Assembly (NCBI GenBank): GCA_963819665.1
Contig: CAWFXN010000005.1
Span: forward strand, 12,957-76,956
DNA length: 64,000 nucleotides
Direction of reading: 5' to 3'
Source of the DNA: an uncultured Alphaproteobacteria bacterium
Lineage (GTDB): Bacteria > Pseudomonadota > Alphaproteobacteria > Rhizobiales > Rhodomicrobiaceae
Positions 11,908 to 21,022 of the stretch are shown piece after piece (position 1 is the first letter of the stretch; each line of letters starts with the position of its first letter). The notes under the pieces were generated by a model. It had not been told where the DNA came from. It searched no databases and saw nothing but the letters and a program-made list of their open reading frames with translations. The translations under genes were made by a program, and so were the position numbers.

Positions 11908-12514
11908 ATGCCAAGGCTCTACGACCTCGAATTGTCCGGCAATTGCTACAAGGTGCGCTTGCTGTGCGCGCTGCTTGGCGTTCCGGTCGAGATTGCGCCC
12001 GTCGATTTCATGGCCGGCGAGCATAAGCGCAGCCCCCTCATTGAGAAAAATCCGTTCGGCGAAATTCCCATTTTTGAGGATGGCGAAGTGACGCTGCGCG
12101 ATAGTCAGGCGATCCTTATCTATGTCGCCCGCAAATGGGGAGACGAGTCTCTGGCTTCCGACCGACGCCGCCTCCATGGCCAAGGTGGCGGAATGGCTGT
12201 TTGCGGCGGAGAACGAAATCGCTCGCGGACCGAACGACGCCCGCCTTCATGATAAATTTGGCTATGCGCTCGATCTTAAGCTCGCACGGGAAAAAGCCCA
12301 CCGCATCCTTTCGCTGATGGAAACGCGTCTCGCAAAATCGCAATGGCTTGCGCTGGACCGGCCCACGATCGCCGATATCGCCTGCATGCCCTACGTGGCG
12401 ATTTCAAATGAGGGCGGCGTGCCGCTGACGCCCTATCCGGCGGTTCGCGCCTGGGTGGAGCGCGTCAAAGCGCTGCCCCGATTTATCCCGATGCCCGGAC
12501 AGGAACAGGAATGA
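11908..12514 (+). CDS. Glutathione S-transferase family protein (apparent frameshift ~12150)
   Basis: SGNCYKVRL, NPFGEIP, LRDSQAIL; C-terminal WLALDRPTIADIA...YPAVRAWVERV. Confidence 0.9.
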
Positions 12515-13143
12515 AGAACTCCGCCACGACGGCGCCAGCTTCGGATGTCGCGTTCACGCCGTCCGTCAAGGCGGCGCAAGAGCGCCGCGGCTCGCGCCGG
12601 ATGTTTGAGCGCATGGAGGCGCATGGCGGCTGGTCCACGACGATCACGCCCGATCTCGCGGCCTTTATCGCAAACATGCGGTCGTTCTACTTCGCTACGG
12701 CGAGCAAGGACGGGCAGCCCTATGTGCAGCACCGGGGCGGCCCCGCCGGATTTCTGCGTGTGCTCGACGAAAAGCGCCTCGCTTTCGCGGACTTCACGGG
12801 CAACCGGCAATATATCACGACGGGAAACCTCGCCGAGAACCCGCGCGCCTTTATCTTTCTCATGGACTATGCGCGCAGGCGCCGCGTCAAACTCTGGGGA
12901 ACGGCTGAAGTCATCGAGGACGATCCCGAATTGATCCGCTCGCTCTTTCCGGAGGGCTACCGCGCCGAGCCATTGCAAGCGATCATTTTCACGCTGACGG
13001 CCTTCGACCGCAATTGCGCGCAGCACATTCCTCAGTTGCTTCCGGCTGAGGATGTGGGAGCCGCCATCGAAGCCCTCAACGGCCGCATCGAGGCCCTGCA
13101 AGCCGAGTTGGATAAATTGCGTTCCGGACAATTGACTACATAG
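12511..13143 (+). CDS. Pyridoxamine 5'-phosphate oxidase-like FMN-binding protein
   Basis: SDVAFTPSVKAAQER, GQPYVQHRGGPAGFL, FADFTGNRQYIT.GNL, RRRVKLWG and NCAQHIP; coupled to the GST gene (ATGA overlap). Confidence 0.88.
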   Translation: MKNSATTAPASDVAFTPSVKAAQERRGSRRMFERMEAHGGWSTTITPDLAAFIANMRSFYFATASKDGQPYVQHRGGPAGFLRVLDEKRLAFADFTGNRQYITTGNLAENPRAFIFLMDYARRRRVKLWGTAEVIEDDPELIRSLFPEGYRAEPLQAIIFTLTAFDRNCAQHIPQLLPAEDVGAAIEALNGRIEALQAELDKLRSGQLTT

Positions 13144-13281
13144 CGCGCGTTAGAAACGGCGAATCTTATGGATTCAACTCCATGCCACACAAGGCGCACA
13201 CTGTATCTATCGTTGGCCTTGTATGGGTTTCCAACGCCTGAGAGACACAAGCTGCGCTCCCGCCCACGACAGGGGAGCGCG

Positions 13282-13470
13282 ATGCGCGAGTCTCAAGACT
13301 TCACGACGATCCGAACAAACATTAGGCTGGCGCACGCTCACCTTCTCGTCTTGTCGCGGCAGCTTGATTCCTGGAGAGAATTCAACCGAGCGGCAAAAGC
13401 GCACCTCGCGAGCGCGAGGAGATGGCAAGGCGCGGCGGCGGACGATGCCTCCAGTAACGCCGAGAGTTAG
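13282..13470 (+). CDS. Small hypothetical protein (62 aa)
   Basis: ATG at 13282 preceded by an AGGGGAG SD; converges on the CoA-transferase stop; no recognisable motif. Confidence 0.35.
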   Translation: MRESQDFTTIRTNIRLAHAHLLVLSRQLDSWREFNRAAKAHLASARRWQGAAADDASSNAES

Positions 13471-15428
13471 CCAGTCTGCGTTTCCTTCCCGCTCTCCCGG
13501 TCCAGCGCCGCCAGGAAGGCTTGGGCCTCTTCCCGCCGTTCGAAGATATGGGGCGCGATGTTGCGTTGCGAGAAGGCTTCGCCCAGCTTGGCGCGCAAAA
13601 AGGCGCTGGTCGCATACCGCGTAATATCCGTGAAGTAATGGGCGAGGAAATACCGGTCCATTTCGGCGTAGGCGTCGTACATTTCCTGATTGATCCGGAA
13701 GCGGTCGTAGTTGATGACGACGCCGACACGCCTGCCGGCGGCGCGGCAGCGCTCTTCGCAGATATTCCAGATCGCCTTTACGTCCTCGGCGACGCGCACA
13801 TACATGCCCTCAAAATTGAGGAAGAGGATATTGCGCTCGGCATCGTAGGTCACCCGTTCCGGCAAGGACAGGTTGAGCAACTCGTCCTCCAGGTTCATAG
13901 GGCCTGCGCTGAAAATGCGGGGGTCCATGATCGCGTACTCGCCGATGATCGGCTCGAAATCCATGTGGGCCAGGATGTCCCGGGCGACGTCGATGCCGGG
14001 GGCGACCTCGATCAGCGCCAGGCCTCCTCGCACCCGCCGGAACACGCAGCGCTCGGTGACGTAATAGACCGGCTTGCCACGGTCATAAGCATATTGGCCG
14101 TTGAAGGTGATCTGGCCGACCTTCTTCAGGAACTTCCTCTGCCTGCCCTCTTCGAGGATGCGAAGTTTGCCGTCCTCCACCGCCACCTTGAGGCCATTGC
14201 CAGTGAAGGCGCCAGCGAAGACGACAAGCCGCGCATTCTGGCTGATGTTGATGAAGCCCCCCGCGCCCGTGAGCCTGCCGCCGAACCGGCTGACGTTCAC
14301 ATTCCCGGCTTCGTCGCATTCGGCCATGCCGAGGCAGGTCATGTCGAGGCCGCCGCCATCGTAGAAGTCGAATTGCTGGGCTTCGTCGATCACCGCATCC
14401 ATGTTCACGGCAGTGCCGAAATCTGCGCCGCCCGAGGGAATGCCGCCGATCACGCCCGACTCCACCGTCAGCGTCAACAGATGAGAAATGCGCTCCTCGT
14501 TGGCGACCGCTGCGACGCCCGACGGCATGCCTATCCCTAAGTTGATGATGCCGTTGGGCGGCAGCTCGAATGCGGCGCGGCGCGCGATGATCTTGCGCTC
14601 GTCAAGGGCGGACGACACCAGGCTTGCGCGCGGGGCGCGAAATCTGCCTGCATAGGCCGGATTGTACTGGGTCGCGACTGTCTGCCTGTGCTCATGCGGC
14701 TCGGCCACCACGATACAGTCGACGAGGATGCCGGGGACTTTCACCTCGCGCGGCGAAAGCGACCCGCGCTCCGCGATGCGCTCCACCTGCGCGATGACGA
14801 TGCCGTTGCTGTTCTTGGCCGCCATCGCCATTGCGAGGTTGTTGAGGGTCAGGGCCTCGCGCTCCATGGTGATGTTGCCGAAGGTATCGGCCGTGCTGCC
14901 GCGGATGAAGGCCACGTTGACGCGGCCCACATGATAGAACAGCCATTCCTCGCCATGGACCTCCACGAGATCGACGATGTCCTTGGTGGTCACCTCATTG
15001 ACCCGGCCGCCGCCGTAGCGCGGATCGACAAAGGTGTGCAGCCCGACCTTGGAAAATGAGCCCGGCTTGCCACTGGCAAGGCCGCGAAACAGCTGGCAGA
15101 TGATGCCCTGGGGCAGATTGTAGGCTTGAATTTTGTTATCCAGCGCGAGCTTGCCAACCTTCGGCATCATGGCCCAGTGGCCTGCGACGACGCGTTTCAG
15201 AAGCCCTTCATGCCCAAGATGGTTGAGGCCCCGATCCTTGCCGTCGCCTTGGCTGGCGCCTGCGAAGAGTGTGAGGTTGCGAGGCGTGCCCGTTGCGAGG
15301 AAGCGCCGTTCCAGCGCCGCAAGGAGCGCTTCGGCGAAACCGATCTGGACAAAGCCGGTGCTGGATAGCGTATCGTCGTCACGGATCAGGGCGATTGCCT
15401 CGTCGGCTGTCACGATCTTGCTGCGCAC
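13467..15428 (-). CDS. Acyl-CoA:acetate/3-ketoacid CoA-transferase (YdiF/Pct type) with extra C-terminal domain
   Basis: GTG start after GAGGA. Motifs AYNLPQG, GLHTFVDPR, NLGIGMP, catalytic TVESG, QFDFYDGGGLD, GAGGFINISQN and YVTERCVF. Confidence 0.92.
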   Translation of the reverse strand: MRSKIVTADEAIALIRDDDTLSSTGFVQIGFAEALLAALERRFLATGTPRNLTLFAGASQGDGKDRGLNHLGHEGLLKRVVAGHWAMMPKVGKLALDNKIQAYNLPQGIICQLFRGLASGKPGSFSKVGLHTFVDPRYGGGRVNEVTTKDIVDLVEVHGEEWLFYHVGRVNVAFIRGSTADTFGNITMEREALTLNNLAMAMAAKNSNGIVIAQVERIAERGSLSPREVKVPGILVDCIVVAEPHEHRQTVATQYNPAYAGRFRAPRASLVSSALDERKIIARRAAFELPPNGIINLGIGMPSGVAAVANEERISHLLTLTVESGVIGGIPSGGADFGTAVNMDAVIDEAQQFDFYDGGGLDMTCLGMAECDEAGNVNVSRFGGRLTGAGGFINISQNARLVVFAGAFTGNGLKVAVEDGKLRILEEGRQRKFLKKVGQITFNGQYAYDRGKPVYYVTERCVFRRVRGGLALIEVAPGIDVARDILAHMDFEPIIGEYAIMDPRIFSAGPMNLEDELLNLSLPERVTYDAERNILFLNFEGMYVRVAEDVKAIWNICEERCRAAGRRVGVVINYDRFRINQEMYDAYAEMDRYFLAHYFTDITRYATSAFLRAKLGEAFSQRNIAPHIFERREEAQAFLAALDRESGKETQTG

Positions 15429-15666
15429 GGAGTCCTCGCCGCTTGGTGTTCCACCAGATAGAGGTCGACGGGAACCAGCTTTGGCGCCCGCCGCCTCGCT
15501 TGATATTGTAGCTCTGCCTGAGCAGCTTAGGCCATGACATAATTTGCGAGTTCCACCAGGGTCTCGCCGGAGGCGTCCGGCTGAACGCCGAGTTCCTCCA
15601 GAGGCGATTACCTCCCACAGAGGAGAAAGGATTTGTGAGCCCAAGCGGTAATCAAGATTAGGCGCG

Positions 15667-16179
15667 CTATTCTGTATCGGAGGAAGCTCCAGCCTCATGA
15701 AGCGGACGAAACATCACCAGCGCATCCACAAATCCAAGTCTCGGGTGGTGGAACGCCAGCGGCAGACGGCCTACGATCTCAAAGCCGAAGGATCGCCAGA
15801 GCGCCACGGCGCGCGTGTTGGCGCCGACGACAAAGTTGAACTGCATACCGCGATAGCCGCGCAGCCGCGCGTAATCCAGTGAGTGCTGACACATGGCGCG
15901 AGCAACGCCGCGCCCCGCCCTAGCGGCGTCCGTCATGTAGCCGCAGTTGCAAATGTGCTTGCCGCCACCGGGCTGATTGGCGCGAATGTAATAGGCGCCG
16001 ACGATCTCGCCGTCTTCCTCCGCGACGAAGGTTTCCCGGTCGTTCCCAAGCCAATAGGCAAGAGCATCGGTTTCCGTCATGCCCCGATCCAGGGCATAGG
16101 TTTCGCCAGCACGGATCGTCGGACCGATGATGCGCCAAATCGACGGGGCATCGCTCATGAGCGCGGGGCGGATGTGCAT
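15667..16179 (-). CDS. GNAT-family N-acetyltransferase
   Basis: IRAGETYA, NCGY, acetyl-CoA motif RAGRGVA, MQFNFVV..N..AV.LW..FGF. Confidence 0.9.
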   Translation of the reverse strand: MHIRPALMSDAPSIWRIIGPTIRAGETYALDRGMTETDALAYWLGNDRETFVAEEDGEIVGAYYIRANQPGGGKHICNCGYMTDAARAGRGVARAMCQHSLDYARLRGYRGMQFNFVVGANTRAVALWRSFGFEIVGRLPLAFHHPRLGFVDALVMFRPLHEAGASSDTE

Positions 16180-16423
16180 CCCGCCAGCATCCTATACAAG
16201 CGCAATGGCCGCAATGGGTCAGGCACGGGTACAACCAATAGACAAGCTCAAGCAATTCGGCTCAAATTCTTATTACTGGGATTACAAGAAATCTTCCTAT
16301 ATTTTTTCCACGGTTACTCCGCGTGGAACGGCAATTCAGGCTGCCCAGGATGTCTCACTACCTTGACTCACCCGTGGCGCGGATGCGGCCCGCGGAAGTT
16401 GACGTGAGATCGAGGCGAGAGGG

Positions 16424-18017
16424 GTGAAGAGTTTGGACAAGCAAGACAGCGTCACCGCAAATCCGCCCGCCGAACTGCCGCGGCGCAAGTTCTTGATCGG
16501 AGCCGGCATCGCCGGATTGCTCGGCGCCGGCTCCCGTAGCGTCAGCGCGCAAACGGAAGCCGCCGCGAGCGAGGCGATGCCAGGCTGGCGCCGGCAATGG
16601 CGGATTCGGCGCTTAAAGACTACGACCCCGCCTATCTGGAGCATGTTATCAAACCTTTCCTCCGCGAAAGCTTCTATCAATCCGAGACGCCGGACCTTCC
16701 CACCATCGGCCAGGCGTTCAGCAAGCAATTTGCGCTTCCCTACGATCTTTGGGGGCTTCTTTACGACGACTGGGCGCCAAGCTTCGAGAAGGACGGGCTT
16801 TCGGTCTTCATTCAAGGGCTCGACCAGCGCGGACCCGACAACCGCCGCAAGCGCATTTATATTTCCGCGGTCACGGCCGACCTCTATCCCGATGTATGCG
16901 GGACAAGGTCAGAGCCTTCTTCGATCAGCTTTTCGCGCGACAAGAACTGCCGGCAAGCCGCTGATGCGGCGCTATCTCGACAGCTATCCCGATCTGTTCT
17001 GGGACCTGCACCTTGGCGTCAAGGGCGATGGCATTCCTGACCATGTCCGCCAGATCGGCCAAAGCTTCAATACCGTTCTCGGCTTCCGCGACCCTTCGCT
17101 TGGGATCGTCTACGAGAATTACATGAAAGTGCGGCAGTTGCGGACACCGTTGAAGGAGTGGATCTCCGAAAAAACGGACGAGGTCATGAGCGGGAAAATA
17201 AAAGACCCGGAAAAGACCTTCGTTTACTACTGGTCGAAGAACGGCAAGGGCGGCGAAGACTTCCGGCCCAAGGATGTCGTCTTCGAATGCTTTCATAACT
17301 TCAACGCCCTCAGCCAGTGGGGCGATATGGTCTATAATATCATGCTCAAGCTGGAGAAGAGCTCCGGCGATCCTGCCGTGAAGGCGTGGTTCAAGAAGAC
17401 CATGGAAAGCGACCACGATCGGGTGGACTGCGGGAGCCTTCACCCCTCTGCAGCGTCTCGTCATGGAACTGTTCCGGGTGATCTCTCCGAACCCCGGCAG
17501 CATCTCCAGTCTTCATGAACTGATGCCAGTTCATGCGGCAGATCGCTACGCTTACGCCATCACAGCCCATGTGCCTGCGAATCTGAGCCCGGTCCAGTGG
17601 GAGAATCCGCTCGAATTCAACCCCGATCGCTATATCGATGCGCCTACGAGCGATCAACCAGGGGAAAGCAAATCGAAAGCGCTGGGGTTCGCGAAGTGCC
17701 CCTTCGGCAAAAGTTCGTTTGCGGTCAACGACGGCCGGAACGCCGAAATCACCAACAGCGGCTTTGGCACGGTGTTCGGGGTTGTCGACGGCAAGCCGCT
17801 CGCCGTATGCGACCATGCAGGTTTTGCGCCTTTCGGCTTCGGATACCGGCGTTGCCCCGGCGAGCAGCTTAACATCGCGGTTTTCAGCGATCTCTTGCGC
17901 AAGGTGTGGACCGATAAGATCGAGTTCGAACGGCTCGATCTGGCCAGCCCCGCCAAGATCCCCGCCGGGCCGTTGATCGTCGTCGATGACAATATCGGGT
18001 TCAGCCGGCAGAGTTAG
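16424..18017 (+). CDS. Atypical cytochrome P450 with N-terminal Tat signal peptide (about four apparent frameshifts: ~16585, ~16895, ~16940, ~17430)
   Basis: GTG start after GAGAGGG. PRRKFL twin-arginine motif plus hydrophobic stretch. K-helix ELFR (ExxR), meander FNPDRY, heme motif FGFGYRRCPG. Confidence 0.82.
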
Positions 18018-18131
18018 CGGCAATCGCGGCGGATCTTTCGCCGGGGCGCCCGCCTTCCAGCATAAAAATCAGCGTCGTCAAGAGCTTGCGGGTCGAAATC
18101 GTCGCTATGGACAGGCGCGCGCGACAGGTCC

Positions 18132-19739
18132 ATGTTAACCACGATGCAAGCGGCGCCCCTTTCGAACATCGCGGAATTCACGGTCTCGGAGCTGTCATCG
18201 GCCATCAAGCGGACGGTCGAGGACGCGTTCGGACTGGTCCGGCTTCGCGGCGAAGTCTCCGGTTATCGCGGGCCGCATAGCTCGGGCCACGCCTATCTCT
18301 CCCTGAAGGACGACAGCGCCCGCATCGACGCGGTGATCTGGCGGAGCGCATTCGCGAAGCTGAAGTTCAAACCCGAGGAAGGGCTTGAGGTCATCGTCAC
18401 GGGCCGCATCACAACCTTTCCTGGCAAGTCGAACTATCAGATTGTCATCGAGCAGCTGGAGCCGGCGGGCGCGGGCGCGCTCATGGCGCTGCTTGAGGAG
18501 CGGAAGAAGAAATTCGCCGCCGAGGGCCTGTTCGATCAGGAGAGGAAGCGGGCGCTGCCGTTCTGGCCGCAGGTGGTCGGCATCGTTACGTCGCCGACCG
18601 GAGCGGTGATCCGCGACATGCTGCATGGCTTCACGGAGCGCTGTCCGACTCGCGTTTTGCTCTGGCCGGTCCGCGTTCAGGGCGAGACCTGCGGAGCGGA
18701 GGTGGCCGCCGCCATTCGCGGATTCAACGCGCTTTCAGGTGAGCGGGCGCTGCAACGCCCGGACTTGCTGATCGTCGCGCGCGGCGGGGGAAGCCTCGAA
18801 GACCTTTGGGGGTTCAATGAGGAGGCCGTGGTCCGCGCCGCGGCGGAAAGCACGATCCCGCTCATATCGGCGGTGGGCCACGAAACCGACTGGACCTTGA
18901 TCGACCTTGTGGCCGATGCGCGCGCGCCGACGCCGACGAAAGCCGCCGAATGGGCGGTCCCGAAGCATTCCGATCTCGTTCTGCGGCTGTCCGAATGCGC
19001 CGACCGCGCCCGGCGATGCGTGCGGCGGCATCTCGAAAAGCTGCGCGCGGAGTTTCGCGGCGCCGAACGCGGACTGCCGCGCCCGCAAGCGTTATTGGCC
19101 GTGCCGCGCCAGCGCTTCGACGCCGCAGGCGGTCGCCTCGGCCTATCACTTCGCCATTTCAGCGAGCGTTCGCGCGCCCGTCTCGAATACCATTCCGTTC
19201 GCCTGACTCCGCGCCATGTCCGGCTGGCCCTGGAAAGGGCGGCGGAGCGCGTCAACCGCGCGCGCGACAGCGCCAAAAGGTGTTTTCGTGAAAGCATCGT
19301 CAAGAAGCGCGAGCGTCTGAACGATCGTGGGGCGAGGCTCAACCCCCGCTTGCTTGCCGGACCTTCGGCCCGGCAGCGCGAACGGCTGGACTCGCTCTCG
19401 GCGCGGGCGGCGAAAGGCGCGCGGCACATGCTGAACCTTAAGGCCTTCGAGCTGACATCGCTCTCTCAGCTTTTGCGCAGCCTCAGCCACAAAAGCGTGC
19501 TGGACAGAGGCTTTGCGCTGGTGAGGGGCGCGGGCTCCAAGGTGATACGCCGCGCTGCAGCTTTGGAAATGACTGCCACCCTTGACATTGAATTTGCCGA
19601 TGGTCACGTTTCGGCTCATTATTTGGGACCGGATGCCGAGGCAGGCGAGCCTGTCTTGCGCCGAAGGAATGCCGCTCAGGCTCCGCGACGGACGGTTCCG
19701 GTCAACAAGGATGACGGCAGTCAAGGCAGTCTACTTTAA
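18132..19739 (+). CDS. xseA: Exodeoxyribonuclease VII large subunit
   Basis: FTVSELS, LRGEVSG...HSSGHAY..LKD, GIVTSPTGAVIRD, ARGGGSLEDLWGFNEE, SAVGHETD, APTPT and VLDRGFA. Confidence 0.96.
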   Translation: MLTTMQAAPLSNIAEFTVSELSSAIKRTVEDAFGLVRLRGEVSGYRGPHSSGHAYLSLKDDSARIDAVIWRSAFAKLKFKPEEGLEVIVTGRITTFPGKSNYQIVIEQLEPAGAGALMALLEERKKKFAAEGLFDQERKRALPFWPQVVGIVTSPTGAVIRDMLHGFTERCPTRVLLWPVRVQGETCGAEVAAAIRGFNALSGERALQRPDLLIVARGGGSLEDLWGFNEEAVVRAAAESTIPLISAVGHETDWTLIDLVADARAPTPTKAAEWAVPKHSDLVLRLSECADRARRCVRRHLEKLRAEFRGAERGLPRPQALLAVPRQRFDAAGGRLGLSLRHFSERSRARLEYHSVRLTPRHVRLALERAAERVNRARDSAKRCFRESIVKKRERLNDRGARLNPRLLAGPSARQRERLDSLSARAAKGARHMLNLKAFELTSLSQLLRSLSHKSVLDRGFALVRGAGSKVIRRAAALEMTATLDIEFADGHVSAHYLGPDAEAGEPVLRRRNAAQAPRRTVPVNKDDGSQGSLL

Positions 19740-19753
19740 GGCATAGGCAGAGA

Positions 19754-19978
19754 ATGAATCGCATCGAGCGTTCCTCCGCATTTGGGCAAGAGGCTAAAAT
19801 TCGCTATCTCGATGGGGAATTCCAGGTGCTGAAGAACGGCGCTTATGTCCGGTGCGCGGTCACGGGCGAGCCGATACGCATCGAAGAGCTTCGCTATTGG
19901 AGCGTACCCTACCAGGAGCCCTATGCGAACGCGCAAGTCTCGCTCCGCCGTCATCTGGAGAGGGAGCGGCTTAAGTAG
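19754..19978 (+). CDS. DUF2093-family small protein
   Basis: EAKIRYLDGEFQVLKNGAYVRCAVTGEPI..EELRYWSV..QEPY is typical of this alphaproteobacterial family found next to xseA/lpxK. Confidence 0.85.
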   Translation: MNRIERSSAFGQEAKIRYLDGEFQVLKNGAYVRCAVTGEPIRIEELRYWSVPYQEPYANAQVSLRRHLERERLK

Positions 19979-21022
19979 GAACGAGCGGCTTCCGGAATGA
20001 CAATGAAGTCATCAGCCGTGAGAGGCGCGCCTCGCCGCCGTCCGCGAACGCGACGTCGATTGGCAGGGCCAGGGCGGATCGGAAAAGCTCCCCGAGCGCG
20101 CCGTTTTCGCCTCTGAGCCTGGCATGATCCTTTTCTGTCGTAACGAGACCCGCATTGAGCGCCTTTGCTTCGGTGAGGAGGGAGAGCGCATCGGCGTCCG
20201 AAAAGGCGTGGTGATCGGGGAAGCTTCTGGTTTTCACGACAGCGATGCCCGCCTCCCGCAAAGTGTCGAAGAACTTGGCGGGCCTGCCGATCCCGCAAAA
20301 GGCGAGGAAAGGCCGGCGCGCGAAGTTCGTCCCTGACGGCCGGGACAATTCTGGCGCCGAACACCGGCAATGGCGCCGAACGAAATTGCTGGCTCCTTTG
20401 CTCTATCAGCTCCGCCACGTTTGTCCGGTCCTGCGCGCCGAGAATGACGACGGCGTCGGCCATGGCGAGCTGAAAGGCAAGTCGAGCGCGCAATGGACCG
20501 AGCGGGAAGACACGCCCGCAGCCGATGCCGGCTCCTCCGTCCACCACGGCGATGCTAAGGTCTTTCTTCAAGCGAAGGATTCTGAAAGCCGTCATCCATA
20601 ATGATGGCATCCACGCCCAGCGTCTCAAGCAACTTCGCGCCCGCCGGCCGGTCACGGCTCACGACGGTTGGAGCGGATCGCGCTAAAAGCAGCGGCTCGT
20701 CGCCAACGCGGTCCGCGCTGTTCGTTGCGCTGTCGATAAGATACGGGCCGCGTTCGCTTCCGCCATAGCCGCGCGTGAGAAAGCCGGGCTTGCGCCCCGC
20801 CTCGCGCAGCATCGAAGCAAGCTTCAGCGCAACCGGAGTCTTGCCCGCGCCGCCCATCGTGAAATTGCCGACGCAAAGGACGGGCAGTGTGCTGCGGTAA
20901 GGGCGGGCGGTTCGAAAACGCCTTTCGACGAGGCCGCCATACATTGCCGCGACAGGCCAAAGCGCCCATGCGGCAGGCGGAATGCGCTCGCCGTACCACC
21001 AGGATGGCGGCTCAAGCCGCAT
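19971..21022 (-). CDS. lpxK: Tetraacyldisaccharide 4'-kinase (two apparent frameshifts ~20575, ~20320)
   Basis: PVLCVGNFTMGGAGKTP, TRGYGG, VGDEPLLL, IMDDGFQN, PLGPLR, AFCGIGRP.KF, FPDHH and VTTEKD. Confidence 0.95.

Noticed and set aside
10903-13143. LysR / GST / PNPOx-like module as a new system
   Set aside because: It is a common proteobacterial detoxification-type cassette, and nothing in the sequence distinguishes this copy.
15448-15601. Mini CRISPR array
   Set aside because: The repeats are only 10-13 bp with irregular spacing (102 and 42 bp), and no cas genes are present.
16424-18017. P450 as a P450nor-type NO reductase linked to the nos cluster
   Set aside because: P450nor needs direct NADH access in the cytoplasm. 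The gene is ~7 kb away behind unrelated genes, and I see no FNR/NnrR box upstream.
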